The notes: generated from the letters alone by a model not told the origin. A stretch of DNA of 64,000 bases from an uncultured virus (IMG/VR IMGVR_UViG_3300046007_009360) (IMGVR_UViG_3300046007_009360), one strand, 5' to 3'. Counted from the stretch's first letter, positions 12,178 to 21,233 are shown. Program-made: numbers and translations.

Positions 12178-12394
12178 AATAAAAAATATTTGTTCTACAA
12201 AATATTGTATTTGATGTATAATAGGTTGTATGAGCAAAAAACAATTCGAGGAGAACTTAAACTATGGCGATTGCAATAATATTTTCTGTTTTTTCGGTAA
12301 TCTTTTGGAGGGCGTGTGCGAGGGAGTAGAAAATACTATTATAGAAACTAAAAAGATAGTTGACAAGTCTCTAAAAAAATAATAATATATATAG

Positions 12395-12762
12395 ATACAG
12401 GGCAAACTCTCGGGTGCGAGAGGATGTAATGAAAGATATGTTGAGGTTGATCTCTTGATGGTCTTTCGTTCCCTGTATGTTCTTTGATATCAATGGGGGC
12501 TTAATTAAAGGGTTATCCAACCCAAACCAAGGAATAACATCGCCTCGTAATTGGCGAGCCGTGGATTGTCCCTCAAGAGAAAATGGTTGAACTAACCGAA
12601 TCACTATGGCGAGTCTAATCCTTTCGGGGCTCGATGCGTGTTAGGACGCTGAAATCCTAGTGGAAAGTTTTCCGCATTAGATCACAGATTGGATGTTGTT
12701 GCAAAGCGGAACCCTGCTACAGCCATATATCCTGTGAGCGTTTTTTGGTGTCGCCGAAACCA
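12395..12762 (+). ncRNA. candidate large structured non-coding RNA
   Basis: TTGACA(12360)-17 bp-TAATAT promoter; no credible + ORF; many nested helices with G-U pairs (see findings). Confidence 0.6.
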
Positions 12763-13032
12763 TATTTTTTTATTTTGAGATATAAATTATACGACATAAT
12801 CTACAAGCAACCAAATGGTATTATTAATGGTGTTTTACCAAATACTATTTATGTTGATTTAAGTAAATATCAAGCGGACAAAGGCTTTGGCAATTTGAAT
12901 TGTAGGGGTGGTCAAGCAATAAAAGATGTCACAGGATTCGAATGTGAAAGCTTCAAAGCATCATTGATAAGTCGTTATCCTGGAACAGATCATAGAGATT
13001 GACAAAATATAAATTTACCATATATTAATTGA

Positions 13033-13299
13033 ATGACTAAAACATTCAAGATTGGCGAGTATGCTGTTGGAGGAAAGATCAAGGTATCTATTCCTAAAAC
13101 CTTAACTACTATTAAAATAGATGTGCTTGATAGCAATTACGGCACAGGCAAATTGGTTAATCAATATATCTATTATAGCTTTGATAGGATTAGGATTGAG
13201 CGTGACCTTTGGCAGATTACTACTACTTATTATACTGATATGATTACTAGCTGGATTAACAAGAACTGGAAAGTAGAATTAATTAAAAATAGTATTTGA
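13033..13299 (+). CDS. hypothetical protein
   Basis: Own promoter TTGACA 12999 / TATATT 13021. Confidence 0.7.
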   Translation: MTKTFKIGEYAVGGKIKVSIPKTLTTIKIDVLDSNYGTGKLVNQYIYYSFDRIRIERDLWQITTTYYTDMITSWINKNWKVELIKNSI

Positions 13300-13329
13300 C
13301 TATATTAAAAAATACATTATAGTAGACCT

Positions 13330-13542
13330 ATGAGCGACACCTTAAAAAAATATACCATAACAATTCAACGAAACCAAATTGCCGAGGCTGAAATCGAAGT
13401 CGAGGCAGAGAGCCAAGGAGAAGCAGAAGAGATGGCCCTTAACAGGGCAGAAGATTGTGATGCTAACTTCGAGGAAGTGGATTATAACTTTGATATTATT
13501 CACATTGAAACCGATGAGGACGAAGAAGATGAAAACAGCTAG
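13330..13542 (+). CDS. DpnD/PcfM-like small protein
   Basis: KKYTITI...IEVEAESQGEAEEMA pattern; own promoter. Confidence 0.55.
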   Translation: MSDTLKKYTITIQRNQIAEAEIEVEAESQGEAEEMALNRAEDCDANFEEVDYNFDIIHIETDEDEEDENS

Positions 13543-13966
13543 AACTACCGAAGATATTATCAATAAAATCTATGATAGAATTGGTAGATGCACACAAGAA
13601 ATTGATAAGAAGTCAGCATGGCAAACCAAGATGTTACTTGGAATTCCTTTGGGCGAAAACGAAAAGCAGGAAGAGCCAAAAGAATTAGAAGCAGTAGTTA
13701 ACGAATTAGAAGATATTATAGATTGGATTGAAGGCAACGAGCCTAGAGAGGGTAGTCTATGGACTTCCGAGGAGTGGGCAAATGATTAAAATTATTACTG
13801 ATATTCTTATGTTAATTGCATTTGGCTTTGTTATTGTAGGATTAATATTGCCGTTTGTATGATCACAGGAGACACAATAGTTGCCTTTCTTATCATAACT
13901 TTCACGGCTATTTATATTTATCTTAATCATTATTGACAAAAATAGAATTTAATATAAGCTAAATAG

Positions 13967-14170
13967 ATGCACTACACTATTCAAAAAGTCATAAATAGAA
14001 ACCCTTATTTATTTGGCGGCGGTTACGAGCGTGGGGAGTATCTTGGCAAGCCAGTCTACATGGCTAAATATGATGGATGTCATCCCATAGAAACACTATA
14101 TTTCCCTAAATTAAAAGAATGCAAAGCTTGGTTAAATAAAATAAAAGCTACTTATACTAGGGTTAAATAA
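13967..14170 (+). CDS. hypothetical protein
   Basis: Own TTGACA promoter about 34 nt upstream. Confidence 0.6.
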   Translation: MHYTIQKVINRNPYLFGGGYERGEYLGKPVYMAKYDGCHPIETLYFPKLKECKAWLNKIKATYTRVK

Positions 14171-14617
14171 TGAAATACATTATACAAGTCACCAAATCTT
14201 GCTCTGCGACTCTTGAAGTAGAAGCAGAAACATTAGAGGAAGCAAAAGAGAAAGCTGATTATCTTAAATATAATATGAATTTAGATTGGAAATAACTATT
14301 GACTAAATAATAAATAGATGATATGGAAATACTAATACCTATTATTATTGGACTTATTATTGCAATAAAAGCCCCTTGACATAGAATTAATTTGTATTAT
14401 AGTTATCCTATGACCATAAACACATTTTACAAAACACACTGGAAGGACACATATTTAATTGTTCAAGAGCTTAAGGCTCGTATAATATCATTAGATAAGT
14501 TCAACAATCCTAAAGCGGTTCAAGTTAAAGAAGATCTCAAAGATTTACTATGCTGGATAACAGATAATCAAGTAGAATTTAATTGACACTAAATTAATTT
14601 GTATTATTATTGAGTTT

Positions 14618-15070
14618 ATGAAGCTCATTAATACTACCTCATATTGCTCTGATAAACTAAAAGAAATTATTAAATGGTGTCTCCCTCAAGGATTGCACCT
14701 TAAAGATATTAGAAAAATAGATTTTGGTAATACTAAATTAGGTTGGCATGGTAGGGCTTGGTATAGTGGTCGTGTGCATATTGGAGTTCCAGCTTATTCT
14801 AAGTATGTTAAACCATATATTAGTGGAGGCGAGAGGGGATATTTACCTCTTAAAACATATAATTGGGAAGAGTCTTTGGTTGATATTATAGCCCATGAAG
14901 TAAGACACCTATGGCAATATAAAAAGAATAAATTTTATCATGGTATTAAAAAGATAAGAAAATACAACATGGGAACTAAAGCTAAATTAAGTGAAGTAGA
15001 TGCTACATTATATGCTATAAGGAAAGTAAGAGAGTATAGAAAGAGTAATATTAAATTTCAATTGACATAA
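14618..15070 (+). CDS. zincin-like metallopeptidase domain protein
   Basis: IIAHEVRHLWQ (HExxH) plus downstream E (SEVDA). Confidence 0.65.
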   Translation: MKLINTTSYCSDKLKEIIKWCLPQGLHLKDIRKIDFGNTKLGWHGRAWYSGRVHIGVPAYSKYVKPYISGGERGYLPLKTYNWEESLVDIIAHEVRHLWQYKKNKFYHGIKKIRKYNMGTKAKLSEVDATLYAIRKVREYRKSNIKFQLT

Positions 15071-15141
15071 GTTGTTGATTATTATATAGTTAGGGCGGCG
15101 GGCTCCCCGCGCGCGCAAGTCGTTGATAATCAAGGTGTTAC
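15067..15141. repeat. paired 27-bp palindrome element E1
   Basis: ATAAGTTGTTGATTATTATATAGTTAG + 21 bp GC-rich spacer + GCAAGTCGTTGATAATCAAGGTGTTAC. Confidence 0.8.
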
Positions 15142-15248
15142 GTATGATAGTATTTATTTTTAACAGGATAGGCAACCCGCTGGCTAGCAGTATCTTATGA
15201 GATGAAAAAAGTTCTTGTCACAAGTTAAAAGTATGGTATGATTATTTT

Positions 15249-16106
15249 ATGGCAAGACAAACCAAACCCGCTCAAAGTGTATACGATTTCGATGTACACC
15301 AAGAGCCACTCCTCACAACTGACGGCAAGAGGACAGGATACTTCGGCATGGTGCGCCGTGACACCGCCGAACCCATTACACTCGGAGTTTGCACCGAGCA
15401 GTATGGTGTGGTGAAAAATGCAGACCTCATCGAGATGGTGGAAACCAACCTCGCCAATCATGACAAACTCTCGAATTTTACCTCGAAGAAGTTCGTCGTG
15501 CGTGACGGCGCTCGTTTCTACGCTTCCTACGACTTCACCGATTTCAAAACGGAATTGAAGCCCGTGGGCAAGCGAGCCAAGGGTGACATTCTTGGGTTGC
15601 GGCTGGTCGTTAACAACAGTTATGACCGCTCAACTCGTGTTTCGTTGTCTCTCGGCTTCCTTCGTCTCATCTGCGAGAACGGTATGACCTCGCTTACCAA
15701 GGAGTTCAGCATGACGAAGCGCCACACGCTTGCTGTCAATCTCGACTTCGTTGGTGATGCATTGGCTCATGCTTGTGACAGCGTAGAATCTTCGGCGCAA
15801 GTTTTCAATAAACTGGCGCAGAAGGCTCTCACTAACGAACAGGGCTTGAACCTGCTCACCAAGCTGGAAGAGAAAGACATTATCTCCGGCAAGGTGCGTG
15901 AGGGGATCGAGGCTGTTTGGCGCAATCCCGCTTATGAGGAGGATACGGATCGCAATCTGTATAACCTTTATAATGCGGCAACTCAGTTCCTGACTCGCAA
16001 TGTCTCGCAAGAGCGCTACGAGTACAGCGAGCGTGTCAACCGTGACCTGCTCAAAGTCTTCAGCGGCAAGACCCGTGACGAAGACCTCTTGAAACTGGTC
16101 GCCTAA
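15249..16106 (+). CDS. DUF932-family phage/plasmid protein
   Basis: VRRDT...LGVC..QYGVVKN...GARFY...LVVNNSYD...LRLICENG...RHT...NLYNLYNAAT. Confidence 0.8.
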   Translation: MARQTKPAQSVYDFDVHQEPLLTTDGKRTGYFGMVRRDTAEPITLGVCTEQYGVVKNADLIEMVETNLANHDKLSNFTSKKFVVRDGARFYASYDFTDFKTELKPVGKRAKGDILGLRLVVNNSYDRSTRVSLSLGFLRLICENGMTSLTKEFSMTKRHTLAVNLDFVGDALAHACDSVESSAQVFNKLAQKALTNEQGLNLLTKLEEKDIISGKVREGIEAVWRNPAYEEDTDRNLYNLYNAATQFLTRNVSQERYEYSERVNRDLLKVFSGKTRDEDLLKLVA

Positions 16107-16128
16107 ACTAAAACCAAAACCTTAACCG

Positions 16129-16157
16129 AGGCGGGGGTAAATCCCCCGCTTCTTTTT
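16129..16157 (+). terminator. intrinsic terminator
   Basis: GCGGGGG-TAAA-TCCCCCGC + TTCTTTTT after the DUF932-like gene. Confidence 0.8.
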
Positions 16158-16175
16158 GTCTAAATTCGATGAGTT

Positions 16176-16250
16176 GTAAGTTGTTGACTATCAAGGATTT
16201 ACGGTGCGCGGGACCCCGCCGTTGTAAGTCGTTGACTATCAAGCACTTAT
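16176..16250. repeat. paired 27-bp palindrome element E2
   Basis: GTAAGTTGTTGACTATCAAGGATTTAC + 21 bp + GTAAGTCGTTGACTATCAAGCACTTAT. Confidence 0.9.
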
Positions 16251-16290
16251 AAACCTTGACATTTATAGAATTTATCTTATAGTTAAGGGA

Positions 16291-16629
16291 GTGAAAGCAA
16301 AACACAAAGTCTATTATAACTTACATAAACATTGTTTGAGTATTATGCTTAAAGGCAAAGTCCTCCAACATAGCTCAGAGTTCTTTTTGAAAGATGTTGA
16401 GTTTCGTGTGAGTCAAGCTGGCAGAAACCGAGTCTTAAAAGAAAAGCGTAAGAATGTCCACGCTTTTGTGTGTGGCACACCAGACGAAGGTTGGCCTATT
16501 CATGGAGAGCGGCAAGTAACCTATAATCCCTATAAGTATCATAGTTTTGTTTATGCTGACACCAAGCGTCCTGTATATAAAGCTAAATGGGCTGGCGTTA
16601 TTGGTCGTGAAATTTTTGTCTTGAATTAA
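16291..16629 (+). CDS. conserved phage hypothetical protein
   Basis: KVYYNLHK...GRNRVLKEKRKNVHAFV...VTYNPYK; own promoter TTGACA 16256. Confidence 0.75.
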   Translation: MKAKHKVYYNLHKHCLSIMLKGKVLQHSSEFFLKDVEFRVSQAGRNRVLKEKRKNVHAFVCGTPDEGWPIHGERQVTYNPYKYHSFVYADTKRPVYKAKWAGVIGREIFVLN

Positions 16630-16796
16630 TCTAAAAGTATACTATAATTATCATATGAACATCACTAAAGTAAAGAAGCTGGCTGAAGGTGGCTATGCTA
16701 TTTACGCTACTGACCCTAAAACTAAAACCGAAACCCAAGTTGGTTATATTGGGGAAAACCTTGACCCTAAAAACTGGCTTCCAGCGGGAACTAAAA

Positions 16797-17156
16797 TTGA
16801 AAATTCTTGAAGAATCTTTTACTTCTAAAGGATTCAAACTTCAGCAGGTAAAGCGTGATGGCGACATCGCTATCTACAAAAAACAACTCGATGACCCCGA
16901 ATGTGAAAACTATCATTATGAAGTTATCGCAATCAAGCGTCACAATGGTTATGAGATCGCTGGCGTAAAGATGCCTCCCGCTGAAATGTATCCTAGCGAT
17001 AGTCAATGGGGCGATTGGGCTTTCACTTGCACTAGCATCGAAGATGCCAACAAGCGTTTCGGTGAATTGCAGGAGAAACTAACAAACTATAATGCAACAT
17101 CAATTCTGCCTAGCGGTGAAAAGCGTGGTCGTGGTCGTCCTCGCAAAATCGCTTGA
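16797..17156 (+). CDS. hypothetical protein with C-terminal AT-hook
   Basis: Ends in KRGRGRPRK; TTG start inferred because a separate 51-aa ORF (16655..16810) lies upstream. Confidence 0.6.
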   Translation: MKILEESFTSKGFKLQQVKRDGDIAIYKKQLDDPECENYHYEVIAIKRHNGYEIAGVKMPPAEMYPSDSQWGDWAFTCTSIEDANKRFGELQEKLTNYNATSILPSGEKRGRGRPRKIA

Positions 17157-17187
17157 CAGAATAAAAAAACATATTACAATCACAACT

Positions 17188-17418
17188 ATGACCTATCATT
17201 GTGCAGTAAGTGGAGAGGCGATCCCTCCAGAGAGAGTTGAGGCTCTGCAAGTCCTCGGCGTTCCAGAGAGTCAATGGACTAAAAAAGAGTATAGTCAAGT
17301 AAAGAAACTTCGTGCCGTGTATGCTGGTGATGATGGCAGTAATGACATCGTTATCTGCGACAAGGTTGATGGTGGCTCACTATTTGATAATGAAATCGCC
17401 GTGGAGGTAGAAGAATGA
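17188..17418 (+). CDS. DksA/TraR-like small protein
   Basis: YHCAVSGEAIPPERVEAL resembles the TraR/DksA zinc-finger region (degenerate Cys); own promoter TTGACA 17153. Confidence 0.5.
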   Translation: MTYHCAVSGEAIPPERVEALQVLGVPESQWTKKEYSQVKKLRAVYAGDDGSNDIVICDKVDGGSLFDNEIAVEVEE

Positions 17419-17621
17419 ATTTAAGATATATCGTTCTGCGTGATGGTATTCGTGTTAGCGAGGATATGCACTCTGACCTAAAGGAAGCTGAAGCAGAAGC
17501 TGAATTTTGGCGGAAGGTTATTCGTGCATGGCCTGATGGCACGAAGGTCGTAATCAAAAAGATTGGCTCGGAAAAGAAAGCCTAAAGATCGGAGGCTGAC
17601 ACTAGCTACGGGCTAGGTGAT

Positions 17622-17715
17622 GCGAGGGTCGTCTAACTGGTTAAGACCCCACACTTATAATGTGGTCGCTCTAGATTTGGGCAAAATGCAGGTTCGAATC
17701 CTGCCCCTCGTACCA
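17622..17715 (+). tRNA. tRNA with TAT anticodon (nominally Ile) and long variable arm
   Basis: GCGAGGG/CCCTCGT acceptor, A73, encoded CCA, CCACA-CTTATAA-TGTGG anticodon arm, 22-nt variable region. Confidence 0.85.
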
Positions 17716-17727
17716 ATCTTATTATAT

Positions 17728-17754
17728 GTAAATCGTTGATATTCAACCAATTAT
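17728..17754. repeat. single 27-bp palindrome copy
   Basis: GTAAATCGTTGATATTCAACCAATTAT directly upstream of a TTGACT promoter. Confidence 0.7.
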
Positions 17755-17793
17755 TTTTGTTGACTATTTATCAAACTATTGTATATTAAACCT

Positions 17794-18021
17794 ATGACAA
17801 ACAAAACCTCAAACTGGGAAGCTCCTAAGTGGACTCCTTACTATACCAAGATGATCTTTGGTGAGCGTAGGGCTTACATTATGGATGCTCGAATCCGTGA
17901 AGCAACCAAACAGAACACATACAGCTTGCAGGATCTTTACAGGATCAGCAAGGCTTTTAATGTGGCCTTCAAGCTCGTTCCAGAGCCTAGTGAATTTCCA
18001 ACGGAGATTTCAGCGGCTTAA
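17794..18021 (+). CDS. hypothetical protein
   Basis: ATG 6 nt after TATATT -10 box. Confidence 0.65.
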   Translation: MTNKTSNWEAPKWTPYYTKMIFGERRAYIMDARIREATKQNTYSLQDLYRISKAFNVAFKLVPEPSEFPTEISAA

Positions 18022-18027
18022 TTTATT

Positions 18028-18100
18028 GGGCTTGTAGCTCAACGGTTAGAGCAGAGGACTCATAATCCTTTGGTTATAGGTTCGAATCCTATCAGGCCCA
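18028..18100 (+). tRNA. tRNA-Ile2/Met(CAT), Ile2-like body
   Basis: GGGCTTG/CAGGCCC acceptor; AGAGCAG..GACTCATAATC..TTGGT resembles bacterial ileX-type tRNA. Confidence 0.9.
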
Positions 18101-18108
18101 AGACTTTC

Positions 18109-18181
18109 GGATCGTTAGCTCAATTGGTAGAGCAGTTGGCTTTTAACCAATAGGTTGTAGGTTCGAGTCCTACACGATCCA
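18109..18181 (+). tRNA. tRNA-Lys(TTT)
   Basis: GGATCGT/ACGATCC acceptor, TTGG-CTTTTAA-CCAA anticodon arm. Confidence 0.95.
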
Positions 18182-18392
18182 AAAAAGTTTAAGAAAACCC
18201 TTGACAAAAAAGCAAAACCTGTTAAACTAAAAACAATGAAACAAACTTATGACATTATTAAGGATAGCCACCTTGTCGCACCCACTTATCATTGGATGCT
18301 TAATGGCTATGCAAAACATACAGAATTGACAGAAGAAGATATTAAGGCATACTTCAAAGCAAGAGCAGAAAACAAAAGGAGAATCAGAAAAA

Positions 18393-18788
18393 ATGAGACA
18401 AATCAAATTATATAAACAAAACCTCGGCGCTCATTGGGTTATTGGAATTAAAGGTTCCAAGGATAAAATCGAGCAGTTCCATAATCGTGTCTATAATTGG
18501 GGTGGAACAAACGGCGAGCTTCAATGGATGGCAGATGACTTTGCTTATTTCTGGATTACCTTTGAGAAGTTGGAGCGAGTGATGTTTAAGTATGTTATGA
18601 ATGGTATGACAGATAAGTTTGGTTTGAAATTCCGCAATCGTAAAGGTGGAATGAAAGAAGTTGTTATGAATCGTGTGCGGAATACAATCAGCAAGATTCC
18701 TGTTGAGAATTTTGTTCGCACCGCACAGATCGAACCAACTTATACGCTTGGAGAAGTTTCGGCTGAAAAGTTAGATACTGACAGCTAA
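18393..18788 (+). CDS. hypothetical protein, YNxxxTNGEL paralog family member 1
   Basis: IEQFHNRVYNWGGTNGEL shared with 22918..23283 and 25346..25765. Confidence 0.8.
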   Translation: MRQIKLYKQNLGAHWVIGIKGSKDKIEQFHNRVYNWGGTNGELQWMADDFAYFWITFEKLERVMFKYVMNGMTDKFGLKFRNRKGGMKEVVMNRVRNTISKIPVENFVRTAQIEPTYTLGEVSAEKLDTDS

Positions 18789-18795
18789 AACAATC

Positions 18796-18871
18796 CGCCT
18801 AGTAGCCCAATGGCAGAGGCAAACGACTTAAAATCGTTATAGTGTCAGTTCGAGTCTGACCTAGGCGACCA
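18796..18871 (+). tRNA. tRNA-Leu(TAA), short variable loop
   Basis: CGCCTAG/CTAGGCG acceptor, A73, CCA, AACGA-CTTAAAA-TCGTT anticodon arm, 5-nt variable loop. Confidence 0.85.
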
Positions 18872-18873
18872 TC

Positions 18874-18947
18874 GCTTTCATAGCTCAATTGGATAGAGCA
18901 ACGGATTTCTAATCCGTAGGTTGCAGGTTCGATCCCTGCTGAAAGCG
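18874..18947 (+). tRNA. tRNA-Arg(TCT)
   Basis: GCTTTCA/TGAAAGC acceptor, ACGGA-TTTCTAA-TCCGT anticodon arm. Confidence 0.95.
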
Positions 18948-19346
18948 AGAATTTTTCCCAAAAGATTTTTTCTTATGTAAAGTTTCTATGTGAGATGGTT
19001 TGAAAGAAATTTTTGGTGGATTTTTCTTGTTATGATTTGTGGGAGTATATCGTGGGGAGTATTGATAGAGCTTTCGAAAATTATAATTACACATCTAAAA
19101 TAACTTTTCCCAATAATTATCATAGCATAAATAAAATATTGAAATAATCTACATGCTACTGTAAAATAGTATATATGAAGCCCGAGAATAGAATCAGCAA
19201 GATATTAGAGAAAAGAGTTCTCAAAGACGAAGATCCTAAACTCATTGCTCAAATAGAAAAATATTTGGCAGAGTTGGAAGTTGTTTTCGTTAAGTGGGCT
19301 AAAGCGCATCCCAATTGGAAAGAATCAGAAGAATAATTTAACTTTT

Positions 19347-19421
19347 GTAAGCCTTTGATTATCAAGTAGTTACATCGGCGGGGACTCTCGCCGCGTAAGT
19401 CGTTGATAGTCAACGAGATAT
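19347..19421. repeat. paired 27-bp palindrome element E3
   Basis: GTAAGCCTTTGATTATCAAGTAGTTAC + 21 bp + GTAAGTCGTTGATAGTCAACGAGATAT. Confidence 0.9.
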
Positions 19422-19460
19422 TTTTCTTGCAGTAAAACGAAGTTATGGTATGATTATCTT

Positions 19461-19727
19461 ATGAACAAAATCAAAAATGCAATCGTATATGCAGTCACCT
19501 ACATCAAGTATCTTGTCCTATTTATTTTGGGACAGAGGTATCTAATCGAATACAAACCCTACGGCGGTGAACAGGTTTTCACCTACATCATCAGCAAGCC
19601 TAGTTCTTTTAGGACGAGTAAGGCTGGTAACAAACTCTTTACGAGCTTTTGCTTCTCTGGTCGTATGGATTCTGGCGTGCGTCAGTTCCGTTATGATCGG
19701 ATCGCTGGAGGTCTCTCGCCAGTTTAA
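19461..19727 (+). CDS. hypothetical protein
   Basis: Own promoter right after E3; followed by a terminator. Confidence 0.7.
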   Translation: MNKIKNAIVYAVTYIKYLVLFILGQRYLIEYKPYGGEQVFTYIISKPSSFRTSKAGNKLFTSFCFSGRMDSGVRQFRYDRIAGGLSPV

Positions 19728-19749
19728 CAACAGAGAGATACTTATAGAA

Positions 19750-19780
19750 AGGGCGAGGAGTAAAATCCTCGCCTTTTTTA
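19750..19780 (+). terminator. intrinsic terminator
   Basis: GGCGAGGA-GTAAAA-TCCTCGCC + T6. Confidence 0.8.
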
Positions 19781-19817
19781 TTTGACAAAATAGTAATTTA
19801 TTATAGGATAGTGGAAG

Positions 19818-19943
19818 TTCTTTCCGCAAGGAGTGAGGATGACTTCCTCCATAAGAGCCCTTGAAGCCCCAATGCCCAGAGTCTGAGGCAATTAAAGGTG
19901 GGAATATATTCTCTTTGATTCTAGAGCAGAGAGAGCGGAAGAA
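19818..19943 (+). ncRNA. candidate small structured RNA
   Basis: TTGACA promoter at 19782; closing stem TTCCGC/GCGGAA enclosing several hairpins. Confidence 0.45.
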
Positions 19944-20126
19944 TTATTTATTACGCCAGCCGTTTCTGTGATTGAAGTTCCAATCTAATAGAGCCCATTC
20001 AAAACCAACATCGTGTCCAGCTTTCTCACTTTCAAGCCATTTATGTTTTAATATCTCTTCTCGTTCTTTGAGGAATTGTTTATATAATGCAGATGATTCT
20101 AATAGACCGCTGACTTTTGAGTTCAT
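19944..20126 (-). CDS. DUF4032-like small protein
   Basis: EILKHKWLESEKAGHDVGFEWALLDW; GTGTAAT motif upstream on the - strand (20145-20151). Confidence 0.7.
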   Translation of the reverse strand: MNSKVSGLLESSALYKQFLKEREEILKHKWLESEKAGHDVGFEWALLDWNFNHRNGWRNK

Positions 20127-20210
20127 ATCTAAATTCTAAATTAGATTACACAAAATAGCAAATAATAATTGCTAAATAGCTAAATACTTAATATAATAAT
20201 ACTACATATT

Positions 20211-20282
20211 GGGGCTATCGTCTAATGGTTAGGACTCCTCGCTTTCAATGAGGGTGTATCGGTTCGAATCCGTTTAGCCCTA
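20211..20282 (+). tRNA. tRNA-Glu(TTC)
   Basis: GGGGCTA/TAGCCCT acceptor, CCTCG-CTTTCAA-TGAGG anticodon arm. Confidence 0.9.
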
Positions 20283-20354
20283 AGTCTTTTAGTATCAAGC
20301 ACTTACAGAAGCGGGGTCCCTGCGGTTCTAAATCGTTGATATTCAATGAGATTC
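20280..20354. repeat. paired 27-bp palindrome element E4
   Basis: CTAAGTCTTTTAGTATCAAGCACTTAC + 21 bp + CTAAATCGTTGATATTCAATGAGATTC; overlaps the tRNA-Glu 3' end. Confidence 0.85.
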
Positions 20355-20393
20355 TTTTGTAGACAAAAAGATAATTTCTGATATATTTAAACT

Positions 20394-21233
20394 ATGAAAG
20401 TTAACGAAATCATCACAGAAAAATTCATTGAAGCCCTCAACAAAGGCGTTTGCCCTTGGCAGAAACCTTGGAAAGTTTTTGATCTTTGCAACGGCGTTTC
20501 CAAAAAGAATTATCGGGGCATCAATCAGTTTTTGCTTCGGATGGTTTCATCGGATGATTTTTTCTTTACCTTTAATCAGATTAAAGAACTTGGCGGAAAG
20601 ATCAAAACTGGGGCAAAGTCGCATATGGTAGTTTATTACAAACTATTGAAGTCTGAGAAAGACAATGAAACCAAAAGCTTTCCGATGATGCGTTATTACA
20701 GAGTCTTTGGTTTGAGCGATGTCGAGGGGCTAAAGTGGAAACAGCCCGAAGTTAAGAAGCTGGAATTTTCTCCAGTAGAAGAAGCAGAGAAGTTGATAAA
20801 CAAGTGCATTATCAAGATCAAGTATGGTGGAAGCCGTGCCTGCTATTACCCGCAGGAACATAAGATTGATCTGCCCGAGAAAGAAAACTTCAACAGCGTT
20901 GAGGAGTATTATTCCACAGCGTTTCACGAAATTGGTCACGCTATGCACAAGGCAACCAATGATGATATCAAAAATGGATTTGGTTCAGAGAATTATAGCA
21001 AAGAGGAATTGACCGCAGAGATTTTTGCGAGTCTTTGTCTTAACTTTTGTGGGATTGATTCTGAAAAATGTTTCAACAATTCTGCGAGCTATCTTTCGAG
21101 TTGGCTCCAAGTTTTGAAAAAAGATATGAACTTTATTATTTCGGCTTCGAGCAAAGCTCAAAAAAGATTTGACGCTTTCCTTGGTAAAAAAGAAACCGAA
21201 GAGATTCCAGAAGAAGAAACTGTAACTGCTTAA
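20394..21233 (+). CDS. ardC: ArdC-like antirestriction/ssDNA-binding protein with zincin domain
   Basis: PWQKPW...NYRGINQ...TFNQ...GGKI...YYSTAFHEIGH...YSKEELTAE. Confidence 0.9.
   Translation: MKVNEIITEKFIEALNKGVCPWQKPWKVFDLCNGVSKKNYRGINQFLLRMVSSDDFFFTFNQIKELGGKIKTGAKSHMVVYYKLLKSEKDNETKSFPMMRYYRVFGLSDVEGLKWKQPEVKKLEFSPVEEAEKLINKCIIKIKYGGSRACYYPQEHKIDLPEKENFNSVEEYYSTAFHEIGHAMHKATNDDIKNGFGSENYSKEELTAEIFASLCLNFCGIDSEKCFNNSASYLSSWLQVLKKDMNFIISASSKAQKRFDAFLGKKETEEIPEEETVTA

Noticed and set aside
12395..12762. tmRNA, RNase P RNA or group I intron
   Set aside because: No tRNA-Ala-like TTCGA...CCA end, no GAGGAAAGTCC, and no recognisable P7 core sequences
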